64,000 nt of DNA from Eledone cirrhosa (Eukaryota): contig OZ024745.1 of the NCBI GenBank assembly GCA_964016885.1, positions 114,018,001 to 114,082,000 on the forward strand. Direction: 5' to 3'. Below, piece by piece: positions 1 to 14,398 of this stretch. Below the pieces are notes generated by a model. The model saw only the letters and a list, made by a program, of their open reading frames with translations. It did not search any database and was not told the DNA's origin. A program made the position numbers and the translations under genes. Positions within the stretch are counted from its first letter, which is position 1. Each line of letters opens with the position of its first letter.

Positions 1-20
1 AGCATCTCCGCTATCTCACC

Positions 21-52
<32 letters not shown>

Positions 53-1767
53 GTGACGAAACATAAGTGTGAGTGGGTGTTTATACAAAAACATGTGAGA
101 GCCATTCTATCAAAGAAAAATATTTTTTCGTTATAAAAAATATTTTTTCTCTTTTGCACTGTGAACATATCCCAGGTATCTCAGTAGCCGTTGAAAATGA
201 CTGACTGGGATTTTTCTGAATGTATTGGTGACATGCTCTATGGAAAGACAATTAATAAGATATAGTAATAGTTGTAGTAGGAGGTGGAGGGGGGGAGTAG
301 CTGTTCTCTAGACATGTGTTTGTTCCATTATTGCAAAATTGCAAGTTTATTGTTGTTGGTAACACCCCATGAACAAAATATATAATTAAATATGCTCCAA
401 CAATGACTATCCTGTCATTTGTTCTCCAAATATAACTTATCTCAAGTTATCCTTTCCTTTTTATAAAGCGATAGCATGTTTTTAGCTATTGATTCACTGG
501 AGATTCTGGAAAAAAGAAAGCTTTTTATAAGTCGCCAACCACTTTTAGACCACAAATACAACGTATATGCTTACATACTAAGAATATAACCCGAACGAGT
601 CGAAGAGTAAATGACATTCCTTCATAAGTGATGGCTTTTATAATTAAAGCAATCGCTTGATAGAAATGTAAACGAATATTTCCATTACTGCATCATCATG
701 AAGATCCCAGTGGAAAGTTCATGACAGAAGTGATATAAGACAGATAGTCGGGTCAATACCTCTTTTCAACTGATCTGCACGTCTTCGTCTTTTGGATCGT
801 TTGAAACACAAATTGCATCTGCGTTAGTCGTTGAATCAGATGTAATTTCATTAATTCCGCAGTCTATTGGAAATAATTGTTTCGAAAATGGAATTCGGCT
901 TTGATTGCAGAAGAAATAGTTGAAGATTGCAATGGGCGGGAACAGAACTCGCGTGAAATTAAATCGCAAGATCTAAAGTAAAAATGAAAAGAAATGCAAA
1001 ATTCCAGAAATTCTATAACATTGTTGATTTCTGTCAAAGCAATTTGATATTTAAAATGCGATTGCGTTAAATGATACTCCGTGGTGTGACTTTACATTAC
1101 GAATATTTCCAAGTGGACTTTAAAAAGGGTAAATTATATCTGAAGCTTTACTTGCATTTCAGTGCTTTCGTTTTTCTTTTCATTTTTCCTTCTTCTTCTT
1201 CTTCTTCTTCTTCTTCTTCTTCTTCTTCTTCTTCTTCTTCTTCTTCTTTTTTTTTTTTTTTTATTTTCCTTCTCCCTCTTCAGAAAGTTTTATTTTCGTT
1301 TATTTGAAAATTTGACAATTTGATTTCAAAGTCGTACAAATAACATTACAAAAACAGGAAATGGAATTTAACGTAACGCTAAAGAATTAATGACTATATC
1401 ACAAACAAGTGATGATCAAGAATGTTCAACATGGTTTAAAGTGTTAGTTCGACTGGCAAATCTTTTCTATATTTTGTTCAACTGAGAAAGTTTGCATTCG
1501 GAGTATTTTCACGTGAATAAGCTTGGTCGCATCCACGTTCGTGTATAAGGGATACGAGTTCACTCAAACTAAATTCGTGCCAAGAGACTAAAGTGCATCA
1601 TAAAACAATAATAATATGTAAAAGAGGTCAATTCTATTCTTACGCGAGAGGATTTGATCACTGAATTGTAAAACACCAAAACTATATGAAATGTTTTATT
1701 TTGTTTGGTATTCTTCAAACCAATTATTCTTTGTAAGTGCTAAATTTGCCTTGCTGCCAACTAAATC

Positions 1768-1811
<44 letters not shown>

Positions 1812-1852
1812 ATATATATATAATTATATATATATATACATACATATATATT

Positions 1853-1964
1853 ATACTTGGGGAGGGTCATATTTGTGTAATAATATTGCTAGAATTAATA
1901 ACAGAACACACTCACTGTTTGGTTGGTTTTCGCTTCTGTGTCTTTCATATAAAAAACCTCGCAA

Positions 1965-1967
<3 letters not shown>
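1853..1967 (+). mobile_element. Short repeat inserted in (TA)n; inverted copy at 57797-57878
   Basis: tatacttggggagggtcatatttgtgtaat...ggttggttttcgctt occurs at both sites, each next to (TA)n. Confidence 0.75.
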
Positions 1968-2058
<91 letters not shown>

Positions 2059-2470
2059 ATATATATATGTGTTATATGTATGTGTGTATGTATTATGTAT
2101 GAGTGCATGTATGCATGTATGTATGCTGTATGTATGTATGTGTATATATATGTATATATGTATATATATATGTATATATATATATATATAAACGTATATA
2201 TTAATTCTTAATTGAGCCACATCGTCAACGGTTGCCACATATATATCTGTGACTTTGTGTATATGTAAATCTTTACATTTAATAATCTCCCATTCGTTTG
2301 AGATGCAATTTGGGCGATATTGGGCTGCGCTTTCTAGCAACCAACCTACTGGCCGTAAGCAATTAATCACATTCTTTCTAACTTGACACTGTCACATCAC
2401 GATTCTTACCCATTTTTTAATCTATTTCTGGCGGGGATCGCTTTGGAAAATTAACTGTCCTATTGAGTTT

Positions 2471-2547
2471 GTCTCCTGACGAGTTCGATACTCGAGATTT
2501 ATCCTTAATAGGATATCTCAAAATACGAACGAAACCATGGTAGGGAC
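2471..2547 (+). ncRNA. Type I minimal hammerhead ribozyme, intact core (Penelope-like element type)
   Basis: Stem I gtctc/gggac; core CTGACGA at 2476-2482; long stem II gttcg...cgaac with an inner tatcct-taat-aggata hairpin; then GAA-AC-catg-GT-A. Predicted cleavage after 2542. Confidence 0.85.
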
Positions 2548-2912
2548 GTGATCACGGTAAGCATGTACGTATTTCTTCTAACTTTAAATGTATACCTAAT
2601 TGAGTATGGTTGACGATATATTTGGTCAGTTTCTACACGCTGTTGAAATGTTGGGTAAATATTCTATTGCGGTCAACCGCGAAGTGGCCGCTTTGTTTAT
2701 TTATCAAATATTTCTTCATAGGAGCCTTTATTCTTATAGCTTGGTCTAATTGATTTTTTATGTGGTTAATTATGCTAATTGGGAGAGGTAATAGTGTATA
2801 TATTTTATCAAATGATTCTTTGGACATAATTTATGATATATATATAAACGTATATATATATTTATAAACGTATATATATATATAAACGTATATGTATATA
2901 TATATATATATA

Positions 2913-2945
<33 letters not shown>

Positions 2946-2984
2946 GTGTGGGGGGGGTCTGTATGTATGTATGTATGTATGTAT

Positions 2985-3536
2985 GACAGCCTGTCTCATG
3001 GTCGGGTCGTTGGCGACTAAACTGGCAACCCCACCAAGGTTTCTTGGACATCCTGCAGGACTAAAAACAAAACCTGTCAAAGGGCAAAGGAGCTCTTAAG
3101 AGTCAATGGCCATCCAAAATCACCGGGAGAGATGACCCCTTAGCCTTTGTCAAGGCAGAATTCTAGGAGAAGGAAAACTCTGATATAACACCTGCAACTC
3201 TGATGGTATCCAATGATGTTGACTTGTTCTTCTTTTTGGTAAATATCATCTTGGTTAAGAGAGTAGGACTGGCTTTGTGCAGTGCCTTTGCTCACTATAA
3301 AAGCTTCACAGCACAGGCATTGCTTTATATCTGGAGATCTCTCTGCACTTGTCGTCGCGTGGTACCATGGGCCCAGCACTATGTGACAATAATTGTCGCA
3401 GGTGTAGTGTTTGTACCAGAGTTTTCAAGTCGCTGGCTGGACTAAAAAGTCACACTCGTTCAGCGCATCGGTAGGGGTTCTCCTACATGGATATATATAT
3501 AGTGGCCGTACTCGAAAACGAGTTGGCAGCCACCAT
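2985..3536 (+). mobile_element. About 550-bp non-coding interspersed repeat associated with (TATG)n
   Basis: Near-identical inverted copy at 43655-44146. Both copies end at ggcagccaccat. Confidence 0.8.
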
Positions 3537-5041
3537 ATAAACGTATATGAAGGCGCATGGATTAGCGGTTTGAGCATTGGGCTTGCAATCGGAAGGCTGT
3601 GACATCGATTCTCAAGCACTGGTGTCTGTGCTAAGTAGAAAGCAAATCATAGATATGATAAAGTTAAATGAATAAACATTGTTGTCTCTGGTTAAAAGGA
3701 ACTCATAGAAAAATTAGAAAATCGTCGTTAGAATGTATGTATGAACTTGTTTTGATATCGCTTTTCTTTATTTCTTTATTTCCCTCTTCCAGTCCTCCAC
3801 CTCTCTCAATATTTTCAATATTTAATGTCTGTCATCGATCTTTTGGATTGTCTTTCTGCCAACCACTGGCCACTTGTCTCTATCCTCTGAGGTTTTTTTG
3901 GCCATTGCTGTTATTGAGAACATTTGGCTGTTTTAACAGCGTCCTAGTGATGAGTTTTCTTATTTTTCTATGAATTCATATGCACACATATATACATATA
4001 TACATATATACGTATACGCATTTCCGCAAATACATGCGTACATACATAACATAAACTTCATTATAATCGTATAACCATGTCATATAAATTTTAATTGGAT
4101 CCTTTGTCTGACTCACCCATGATTATTCTAGTTGCTCGACCAGCTGAATGATTGGATTATATATGTGGCTGAGTATTTCTCATACACGTATACTCTTAAT
4201 GCAATCCTTCAGTCGAATCAGCTCAACATAATGAAGAACCAGGTGTTGCATGTGACTTCCACACAGTTTCTGCCGATCCAATTTCACTCAGAAGATTTGA
4301 GTCGACTCGATATTAATTGTAAACAACACTTTCCAAAAATAACACGGAGTTGGATCAAAATTGGTGATTCATGATTGCGAAGTAGAGTTATTTTTACCGG
4401 ACTAAAATATGCATAAAAAGGGAGGGAACCCCATTAAATATGTCTATATCAGCATTGCCACAATCTCATTCGTCACTAGATTATACTACAGTTAACATAT
4501 TTCAAGAAGTTTTCCGCCTTTTCCGCTGAATCGTTAAGTCTATGCTACCATGCTATTGTGCCATTTATGTCAATGGTGAGACGAAACTAGTTCTTTTTTT
4601 AATATATCTGTTGTACCAACATCAATCAGCTGTCATCAACGACTAAACAAAAGATTTCCATTGAAATTGCTTCAAACACATCAACAAAACAAGCCTTCCT
4701 GTTGTTTTATAGACACATTAGTTTTCTTCCTTGAATACTAGACATTATAATGTAGAAACTATATATACATTATAATATACAAACTATATCTTAAAAACAC
4801 CCGTTGCTAAATATTTACTTTGTTATTCTTTCCTTTTTTTTTCTTTTTTAATTTGTTGATGTTGTTGCTATTATTGTTGTTGTTGCTGTTGTGGTGGTGG
4901 TGGTGATGAGTCCTTTCGTGTGTATGTTTTTTGTGTTTTTTTGTCTTATATTTTAGACAAAAACTGTTTCCGAACGAGTCTACACCTGATGTGCTATCAA
5001 AAGGCACGTACAAATATATTATGTATGAATATGTATTTCAG

Positions 5042-5108
<67 letters not shown>

Positions 5109-5281
5109 TGTATGTATGTCTGTCTGCGTAGGTGTGCGTGTGTGTGTCTATATACATACATATATACGTGTGCATAGTTCATTCAGTAATTTCGGCAGCT
5201 TTGTTGATGTACAGGAGGTGGTACCAATATTAGCACTCAATGTTAAGGCGGGGTAGATAAATTAAATATAACAAGACAAAG

Positions 5282-5534
5282 TTTCACATGAATGTTTTTA
5301 TTGATTATTGACAACTTTCGTACGTTTCACAGATGCTTGGCGCAAGGTTGATATTTGTGTTATAGACCTGACCCCAGCATCAATTTGTTCGCGTGACTTG
5401 TTAATTAGGCTAAAACAAGTTTGATGAACAGATTGATGCTAGAGCTTAGTCTATAACACAAATATGAACCTTGAGTCAATTATCTGCGAAACGTACGCAA
5501 CTGGTCAATAATCAATAAAAACATTTATGTGAAA
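5282..5534. mobile_element. Imperfect fold-back inverted repeat, probable Penelope-like element remnant
   Basis: Arms about 5282-5402 and 5414-5534 (tttcacatgaatgtttttattgattattgac / gtcaataatcaataaaaacatttatgtgaaa); contains a decayed hammerhead. Confidence 0.6.
5415..5505 (+). ncRNA. Decayed hammerhead motif inside an inverted repeat
   Basis: acaagt-tTGATGA-acagat...atctgc-GAA-AC-gtac-Gc-A-actggt. Two core substitutions. Confidence 0.45.
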
Positions 5535-5822
5535 TTCTTCGTTATACATAAATATATATATATATGTGTGTGTGTGTGTATTTACATATATATACAACAG
5601 GCTCCTGGGGTTTCCATCTACCAAATTCCACTCATAAGATATTGATATAACTGAAAGTATTGTAGAAGATATTTTCTCAAGGGGCCGCGCAGCATGATTG
5701 AAACCAAAACCACATGGTTCTGAAGTGATCTCCTTAACCACACAGTCATATATATATATATGAGTGTGTGTGTGTTTTTGTGTTTGTGTTTGTCTGTACA
5801 TGGGTATGTGTCTGTGTGGCTC

Positions 5823-5896
<74 letters not shown>

Positions 5897-5921
5897 CGTG
5901 CTTGTGTGTGTGTGTGTTCAC

Positions 5922-6511
5922 ACTAGCTGGATACCCGGCTTTGCCCGGGAAGAATGAGAAAATTATCATAATATAAAGCACAGATCCCATTACTAGAGTT
6001 AAATCACGCATCTGACGATTTTATGAGCTTATGAGTTTTCATTTATATTGTTAGCAGACAGATATCGATTATACAAGTCATCTAATCAATAACATATATG
6101 TAACCTAAGGAAATGAAATCAGTGATGTGAACCATGGTGAAATATCCAGCAGCAGGTGTTTGTTTCGATAAAACAATACCCTAAAAGCAGCTGATAACTT
6201 TTGTTTTTGGTATCATACAAACAGAGAGTAAGTATATTATAACAATACTTGAATAGATCCATATTAGGAATTGTTTATATTTCCTGTTAGTCGATGAAGT
6301 AAGAATGAGCTATCTGTTATTGATTGTGGTACTAAAACAATAAATAACGCGTGGTACTGAAAGAATCAGCCCCAATTCAGTCATAGCATTGAGCTTAATA
6401 TTTTAACAGTGGCAAGAGAGATGGATAGAAGAATCGGTTGTAATGGGATCTGTGCTTTGTATTATGATAATTTTCTCATTCTGCCCGAGCAAATACGGGT
6501 ATCCATCTAGT
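5922..6511. mobile_element. Non-autonomous element with ~72-bp terminal inverted repeats and Helitron-like hairpin+CTAG ends
   Basis: actagctggatacccggctttgcccggg...gatcccattac / gtaatgggatc...cccgagcaaatacgggtatccatctagt. Confidence 0.7.
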
Positions 6512-6516
6512 ATGCA

Positions 6517-6556
<40 letters not shown>

Positions 6557-6618
6557 TACACAGACACACACAAACACAAACATACACAGACACATACACG
6601 CATACACACATACGTACT

Positions 6619-6687
<69 letters not shown>

Positions 6688-6892
6688 AGGGCGATGGATT
6701 GGCAGTATTGGTAGAGGGTCGAACGCCATGCTTTGACGCGTAGAGTTACGGCCCTTGCCATTATGAGTTCAAATCCCGCCGAGGTTAACTTTGCCTTTCA
6801 TCCTTACGGGGTCGATAAAATAAAGTACCAGTAATACACTGGGTAATTGCTGGCCTTGTGCCAAAAAGTAGAAACAATTATTATTATTATTA
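6688..6892 (+). mobile_element. tRNA-derived SINE (A box tggcagtattgg, B box gagttcaaatcc, conserved gcctttcatccttacggggtcgataaaa body, (ATT)n tail)
   Basis: Pol III boxes are visible and there are more than 20 copies in the window. The body resembles the Meta-domain of MetaSINEs (recalled, not searched). Confidence 0.88.
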
Positions 6893-9288
6893 TATTACAT
6901 TCAAAGTAAAGAATGTCATGAATGATACAAAATCAAACATGTCTTGTCTCTATATATATATTTATATAGGCTCATGTATGATTGTGTGCTTAAGGAGATC
7001 ACTTCAGAACCACGTGATCCTGGTATCAGTCCTGCTGGAGGCACCTTGAGCAAGTGTTTTCTACAATAGCTTTAGGTCTATCAATGTCTTGTGAGCGGAA
7101 TTTGGTAGACGAAAACCTCAGAAGCCCGTTGTATGGATGAATAGAAGACTCGCTTGTGAACTGGATAAAATGTATTACGATATTTATTTACGTTTCTTCG
7201 TGTTATAAGTTCACATCCAGCCGGAGTAAACTTTGTCTGTAAACCTTTAGACTTTTATAGATTACTAAAGTTGATCTAACCGACTTGACACATTCTCAAA
7301 ATATATGGCCTTATGCCTGACTTAGGAATAAGTATTTAGCCTTGTTAAAAGTATTAGTATCTGACAGAATCAGTAGAGAAACAGAATGCTATTGCATTTT
7401 GTCCCTTTACGTTCTAAGTTAACATCATGTAGAATATTGACTATCGCAAGGTCTCTTCATTGCGAATTTCAGGCTTTGTGCCAAGTGTAGTGCAGTGAAA
7501 ACCGTTTCCTGGTGGAATCATAGAGGGTTTGACAATAGGCTTTCTGGCATTTAGTGTCGTTCTGTGTTCAGATCAGTTTAAATTGCTCACCCTACACTCT
7601 TATAAATAAGTGGCCTTGTGCCAACGTAAGATCGTTTAATGTACTCATTGACCTTCATCTTCTCCAGGGTTTCCAAGAAATAAGAACTAATAATATACTT
7701 AAACAGGTGAAACAAATGGACGAGAGTCATAAAATGAAAGGTAAATTACTAACCCTCCTATCTGTGGATCATTCTTAATTCCCAATGATAGATGTGATTA
7801 TATTAAGCCAATGCTTCTTTCTAATGGATTAAGGGCAAAAGCGAAGAGAATTAGTTACGACCGGAAAGCAAAACCACGTTGCTGTTTTGATACACTGTAA
7901 GCCTTCCTTTACTCTTTGACTCTCGCTGTAAAATTCAATAGTACTTTATTTGGCCAAACCTAGATTGAAGTAAAGCTAAACCCACTCGCTTCAATATAAC
8001 TATTGTGCTTCATATCCACTGTTTATGAATGTTTATGAATTATTTATTTTGTTGTGTTTTTTTTTTTGTTGGGGTTTCTTGTTGTTATTGTTTTACTTGG
8101 AATGATGATACAGGCAATAACTGCTGCGAGGGTAATATTGGGGGTGATATCTAATGTTGTTATTTTTTATATAATTGTAGTTTATATGTTGTAGGTTTTG
8201 TATTGATCTTTAAATTGTTTGTTGTAGTTGTACTCCTGAAATAATATCATTTCTCCCTGTTTTAAAACATCAATGACATCCAGTGCGTATTGTTCGAAAA
8301 CATTTGACAGCATTGAAGTGGCTATGGGATCATGGGATCAGGGGAGACAAAAACATATATCCAATTGTGTTTTATTCGGTAGCAAGTGTCCTATATGAAG
8401 AAGTCTATTTGAATTAGACTTGTCGTAACAAAAAAAAATGATGTCCTGTTGGTCACTGTGAAATATTCCTTTTGCATGCGTTAAGGTTTCTGAAGAAGGA
8501 GATGTATTGTACAGTGTATCTTAATTTAATAAAGCATTAATCGTGAGTGGTGATTTGGGCATGGGCAGAATCTGTCGAAGGCGGGAGCTTTATGCCTCTT
8601 TGTCAGCCAGCGTCTGTCCACCAGATATTTTGCTTTCATTTCCCACTCTAGAACAATATAGCACATTTGACGGCAGAATATGAGTAAGACAAGAAAACAA
8701 TGACGTGATAGTTGGAATGGGGAGACGGGGGAAATGGGAAAATAATAGAGGATTGAAGAGGGAGAAATAAGTGATAAACAAAAGGAGACGAAGGACAAAT
8801 TAAGTGAAGAATACAGAACTAGAAGTATGAGAATCGGGAGAGGAAATCGCAAATTAAATGAAGAGTGGAGTATACGAAGATGAAATTATGGCGGGAGTAG
8901 ATAACAGGGAAATGGAAATAGGATGAGGAATGAAATGAGATTTTTAAGGGTATTTACCGCTTAACTAATAAAAGGAAGAAAAAAAATCAAGCTAAACCAA
9001 AACTGATAAAAATATTAGAAAACAAAGCACAGGAATAAATATATTTATTTATTTTCATGCTTTCTCTTTCTCCGTCTCTGATTTCTCCCTTTCTACCTCC
9101 CCCCCCCCCTCTCTCAAAGTGTATATATTTATTTCTCTTTTTTCATTTTTCTCCCTCCCCTTTTTTACTCTTTTTCTTGAAGAGTGTCACTCTTATACTT
9201 TCTTCTATCTTCTTTTTTCTTGTTTCTCCCAGTGATTTTATTTCATATTTGTTTGTTTGACTATTTTCTTTCTCTCTTTCTCTTTCTT

Positions 9289-9439
<151 letters not shown>

Positions 9440-10503
9440 TACGTGTAGGTGTGTGAGTTCCTCTCTAACTCACTAAAATCCCTCCCTCGGAAACGTTCTC
9501 TGACTATCACTCCTCTTTTCTTGATACACACACACACCAATGCGCGCGCACGCACGCTCACACATATACACACATAAACATTCTCATTCTTACTCTGGAA
9601 GTGTTGTTGCGTTTTGTCATAGCAAATCTTTTTGTAATTCATTTTTTCTTTCCGTCGAATTCAGTAAAGTGGTACAGAACTGATGTAGGAAACTGAATTC
9701 CTACTGATTGATGCTGATTGACAATTGCCTATTTATAATTACTATTTCAAGGGACACCCTTTCATCCACCCATATTATGCCTCACACCATTCCCCTGAAT
9801 GTTGCTATGATGTAAGACGAAAAGAAGGCGGTGAGCTGGCAGAATCGGTAAAGTCGGAGAAATAAAAGTTTAGCGATTTTAAATTGCATCTCTTTACATC
9901 CTTAGTTCAAATCCCGGGAAGTTCAACATTGCCTTTCATCCTTCCGAGACCGATAAAATAAAGACCCAACCAATTACTGAAATTGATTTAATCAACTTTG
10001 CTCTTTCACCAAATTTGCTGGCATGTGCCTAAATTAGAAACCAATATAATTTCCAGCGCATCTCCCTTACCATCCTCCGGAGAAACGCTTTCTCCATTCT
10101 GTCCGCCGGGGCCGTGGGGCGCCCAGCACTTGGGGACCCCATTCGCTCATAAAACAGAGAGATGGGGAGGGTGAGAGAGAGGGAGCCGATGAGAGTGGGA
10201 GTTCGGCTCTTCTGTGTTCGGACCTGGTGTGCAGCGTCCCTTGTTCGTAAGGAGGTAGTGATTCATTACCTCTTACATCTTGAATATAATTTACATATTT
10301 ATATTTATTATATGGTATATACTACCAACATAAATATCCATTATGTAATTTGTTGTTTGTTGTAACGGGGTTCACACGGGCCTAGGTTTAACCAGCCTCC
10401 TGTGAGGTTGCATTTATTAGAGGATTCTTAGTTATAGAGATCCCAATCTTATCGTGTCACCATTGCGGAGAGATGGAACAGACATCATAAAGTACCCTTT
10501 TTT

Positions 10504-10830
10504 CTTCTTCTTCTTCTTCTTCTTCTTCTTCTTCTTCTTCTTCTTCTTCTGCTTCTTCTTCTTCTTCTTCTTCTTCTTCTTCTTCTTCTTCTTCTTCTTC
10601 TGCTTCTTCTGCTTCTGCTTCTTCTTCTTCTTCTTCTTCTTCCTGAGAGAGTCGTTGTGGAATAGACCTGAAGCACACCTTCCAGCGTCTCCTGTCAGAA
10701 ACAACCGTCTCCAATTGATTCGTCTGGATCCCCAAACGACCCCAGACGAGCTTATGGATATTATCCAATCATTTTGCTCAGATTCTTCCCCTAGGTCTCC
10801 TGCTGGATATTTTTACCTGTAAAATTTGTT
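10504..10830 (-). mobile_element. RTE-like LINE 3' end with (GAA)n tail
   Basis: Peptide WMDNIHKL...DRRRWK followed by (GAA)n. Near-identical inverted copy at 42493-42720; diverged relative at about 47480-47640. Confidence 0.7.
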
Positions 10831-11192
10831 CGGTGATTTTTATCCCGAGACATTCTAACCTAATGTCCGTATTCTAATGTCATACTCTTAGTTTCTGAAA
10901 TGACAGAGGACAAGACTTTCAGTTCGAAATTAGATAGCTTGAGAGAAAGGAGAAGAAAGGCTGGGGAAAGAGAGATGTATGCAGGTACAAATGTGTTCTT
11001 GACTTTGTCGCAGATTTTCGACGAAATGTTTTGTTAATGATATACTGCAATACTAAGACATTTTCCGTGAGTTTTTAAATAGCTGAAATGACTCATTCAC
11101 GATATTATAAGTCACTTGCTACGCATGTAGAACTCATATATATATATATATATATATTTATACAGATGTGAGCGTATATATATCTATCTATA

Positions 11193-11233
<41 letters not shown>

Positions 11234-12081
11234 GCTCGTGCGTGTATATATGTGTGTATGAATGATGCATATATATATATATATATATGTATATAAACAT
11301 ACCTATATGTGTGTATATATATATATACATGTGTGTTTGTATTTGTGTGTGAGTTATACGTATGTATGTATAAACGTATATATATATGCGTTTGAATGCA
11401 TATTTAATGAGCGAAAAAGACACAGTCCCAAAACGTGTGGAGATTGGTAAAAAAAATATTCAAGGAAAAATAGAAGGGGAGGGGAGAAAGCTGAAAGCTA
11501 AAGAGATAAATATAACTAAGTTCCTTACGTCTTCATTTAGAAACGGGCTAACGGTGTGTGGGTTGGGAAGCCTTGCAAGGGAAAGAACTGACGCGTGAAA
11601 AAAGGTTAGTCAGGCGTCAATTTGGCCATTGACCCTTCCGGTGTTAGACAGAGAAAACGTTATAGTAGTATTGGACGTTAAATGATTCAGTATGTCCCGA
11701 TGTACGACGCCTGCATCAAATATCCATTACACACATGATCGGAAACATCACCGTTTCAATTAATAGGGTAATATGGCAGCCATTTTTGTGGTTGTCTTTT
11801 ATTTTTATTTTTGCATGTTTTTTTATACTTTAGGCTGTTTGTTTGTTTGTTTGGTAATCTTTTTTTTTGTTTTATATTTGTGACGTTTCATTGTGTGTTT
11901 TTTTTTCTTTTGGGTGGGGGGGGGAGTAAAGGGGGGATTTCTGTCTGCGCTAGTTCCAATTTAACGCATGTATATATTTTTATTTTTTTTATAAACATTC
12001 ATGTTTGCTACTGTGTATCTCAAGTGAAATTAAGTATATGCGATGTCATGGGATTTCAGATGTATGTATACGAGTACACAA

Positions 12082-12191
<110 letters not shown>

Positions 12192-14022
12192 GGGGAGAGA
12201 TAGAGACAGATGTATACATAACAACATATATAGATGTTTCCTTATACACAGTCATATACAATTGACAGGCGATCCCATTAATGTCCCAGTGTATGTGTAT
12301 TTGTATGTATTTGTGTTTATGTTTGTGCAAATTCAAATACATGTACGGTTTTGAGTAGTTTCTTATGAAACTGCATAAACCTATTTGTGTTTGCATATCT
12401 ATGCATGCATAATTATATATATATGTACATATAAATAAATAAATATATATATATATTATATATACTTATGTGTGTGTATAAATCCGTGTGTGTATGTGTA
12501 TGTGTGTTCTGGTGTTTGTGTGGTATAGGGGGATCTATAGACTTATGGTGTAGAGTGATCGGCAATAAATTTGTTAGAATAATTCATCGCTACCGAATGA
12601 CTTACACAGCTGTTTGACTCTCTCAAACATGGCGACACTGTTTCTTGAACTCGGACTTGGCGTGATATGTGTCACTAGCAGATTTGCAATCTCATTCTAT
12701 TGACGGTATATACTGCATTTTATATTTGAAAATTAAGGATGATTGTGTCGTTCAAAATATATATTCTGTTTGATGGTCAGAGAATGGATTAAATTTGGAT
12801 TTTAGGAGATGGTTCACATTATTCTTTTGCTTTTCACTGTTATTCATTCGACTTAACACGCCATCCTCTCCAAATAATGTATTTTATGATAATGGTATAC
12901 AGTTCTCAAAAATTATGTGTTTTAGTATGTCAATCCTAGGTAATGATTGACCTCGGAAATATGAAAGAAAAGTTCAAGCTAGTTTTGTTTTATCCCATAA
13001 ATGTAAAACAACAACTAGATATTCTAACCTCTCGGCTCTCTTTACCACCCTTGCTGTTGTAACTAATCATAAATTTATATGAATATAAGTTACAGGATCT
13101 AATTCGCTCTCTCTTCATACTCTTGACTCCCTGTATTTCTGGTAGATGTGACTTTTTTCTAATTCAATAGAAATAGATATGATGTTAAGGCGACAATAAT
13201 CCAGATATGATGTTTTTTAATTCTAACATTTATAAGTTCGTTTCGAAATATATGTCTCACGTTTTTCAAAGTTTTACATAGTTGTAATGACAAGACATGG
13301 TCTTGTAGTTTAAGGAAACTTGGAATAACCACCAAGGACATGCTGCATAGCTGATGAAATGCATACATACCCTATACGAAGAGCGTAAAACACTTTTACT
13401 CATACATACATGTATATAAATATATAATTTACACCATTATTACTGAACTCCTGTAAATATAGCTTCATTAGTTTCAAACCTTTTTCAAATTCCATACACG
13501 CATGGAGATGATGGCAATAGTGGTCAGATCAAATTTAATCGTGGTCAGAATAATTTAATCGTGGGATTAGGAGCATTATCATGCTTTTCGAAGTACGTAA
13601 TGAATAGGCGTTTGTAAAATTGAATCATTATAAAACCGAACAGAGATATATTACAGAAAATGTGTGGTTCAACGCTTTAACAAGTGAAATGCCTCCATAC
13701 TGTTATACGATTTCTTCCCAATCTTCTGGTCAGCAGTAGGCAAGTTTCACTGATTCCTTTATTTGATGTGTATTATGGTGATCTTGGAAGTGGCGTTAGA
13801 TATTTCCTGTATCCGAGTTCATTACAATTTAGATGTTTGGGCTTATTTCATTAATTGAGCTTTCGGGTACAAGCCTTATTATAAACTAGGAACGCTTTCA
13901 AGGACGTATGATTGGGATGTTTGAAGATTCTTATGGAGAAATCCCACGAGGATATATGTGCGATCACTATTCTTACATCAATCTGTCTTTTAATTTGTTT
14001 TTCTTTATTCTATCCCGATACA

Positions 14023-14095
<73 letters not shown>

Positions 14096-14160
14096 ATACA
14101 CACGATTTCATATCAAAACCTTGCAAAACAAATATATATATATATACATAATATATATAT

Positions 14161-14250
<90 letters not shown>

Positions 14251-14334
14251 ATATATGTATATATATATACATATATACATACATATTGAAATAAATACAT
14301 TCACATACATATGTATACATATAAATATATAAAT

Positions 14335-14398
<64 letters not shown>

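Noticed and set aside
2985-3200. Possible HDV-like ribozyme at the 5' end of the repeat
   Set aside because: I could not assemble P1/P2/P3/P1.1 pairings by eye.
4957-5003. Possible small + strand exon (RQKLFPNESTPDVLSK)
   Set aside because: Good acceptor but no convincing GT donor, and no similarity to NR2E3.
6688-6780. tRNA gene suggested by A and B boxes
   Set aside because: It is the head of a high-copy SINE; no cloverleaf or CCA-side stem.
10432-10822. Poly-K/E/R/F ORFs
   Set aside because: (GAA)n tail of a LINE 3' fragment.
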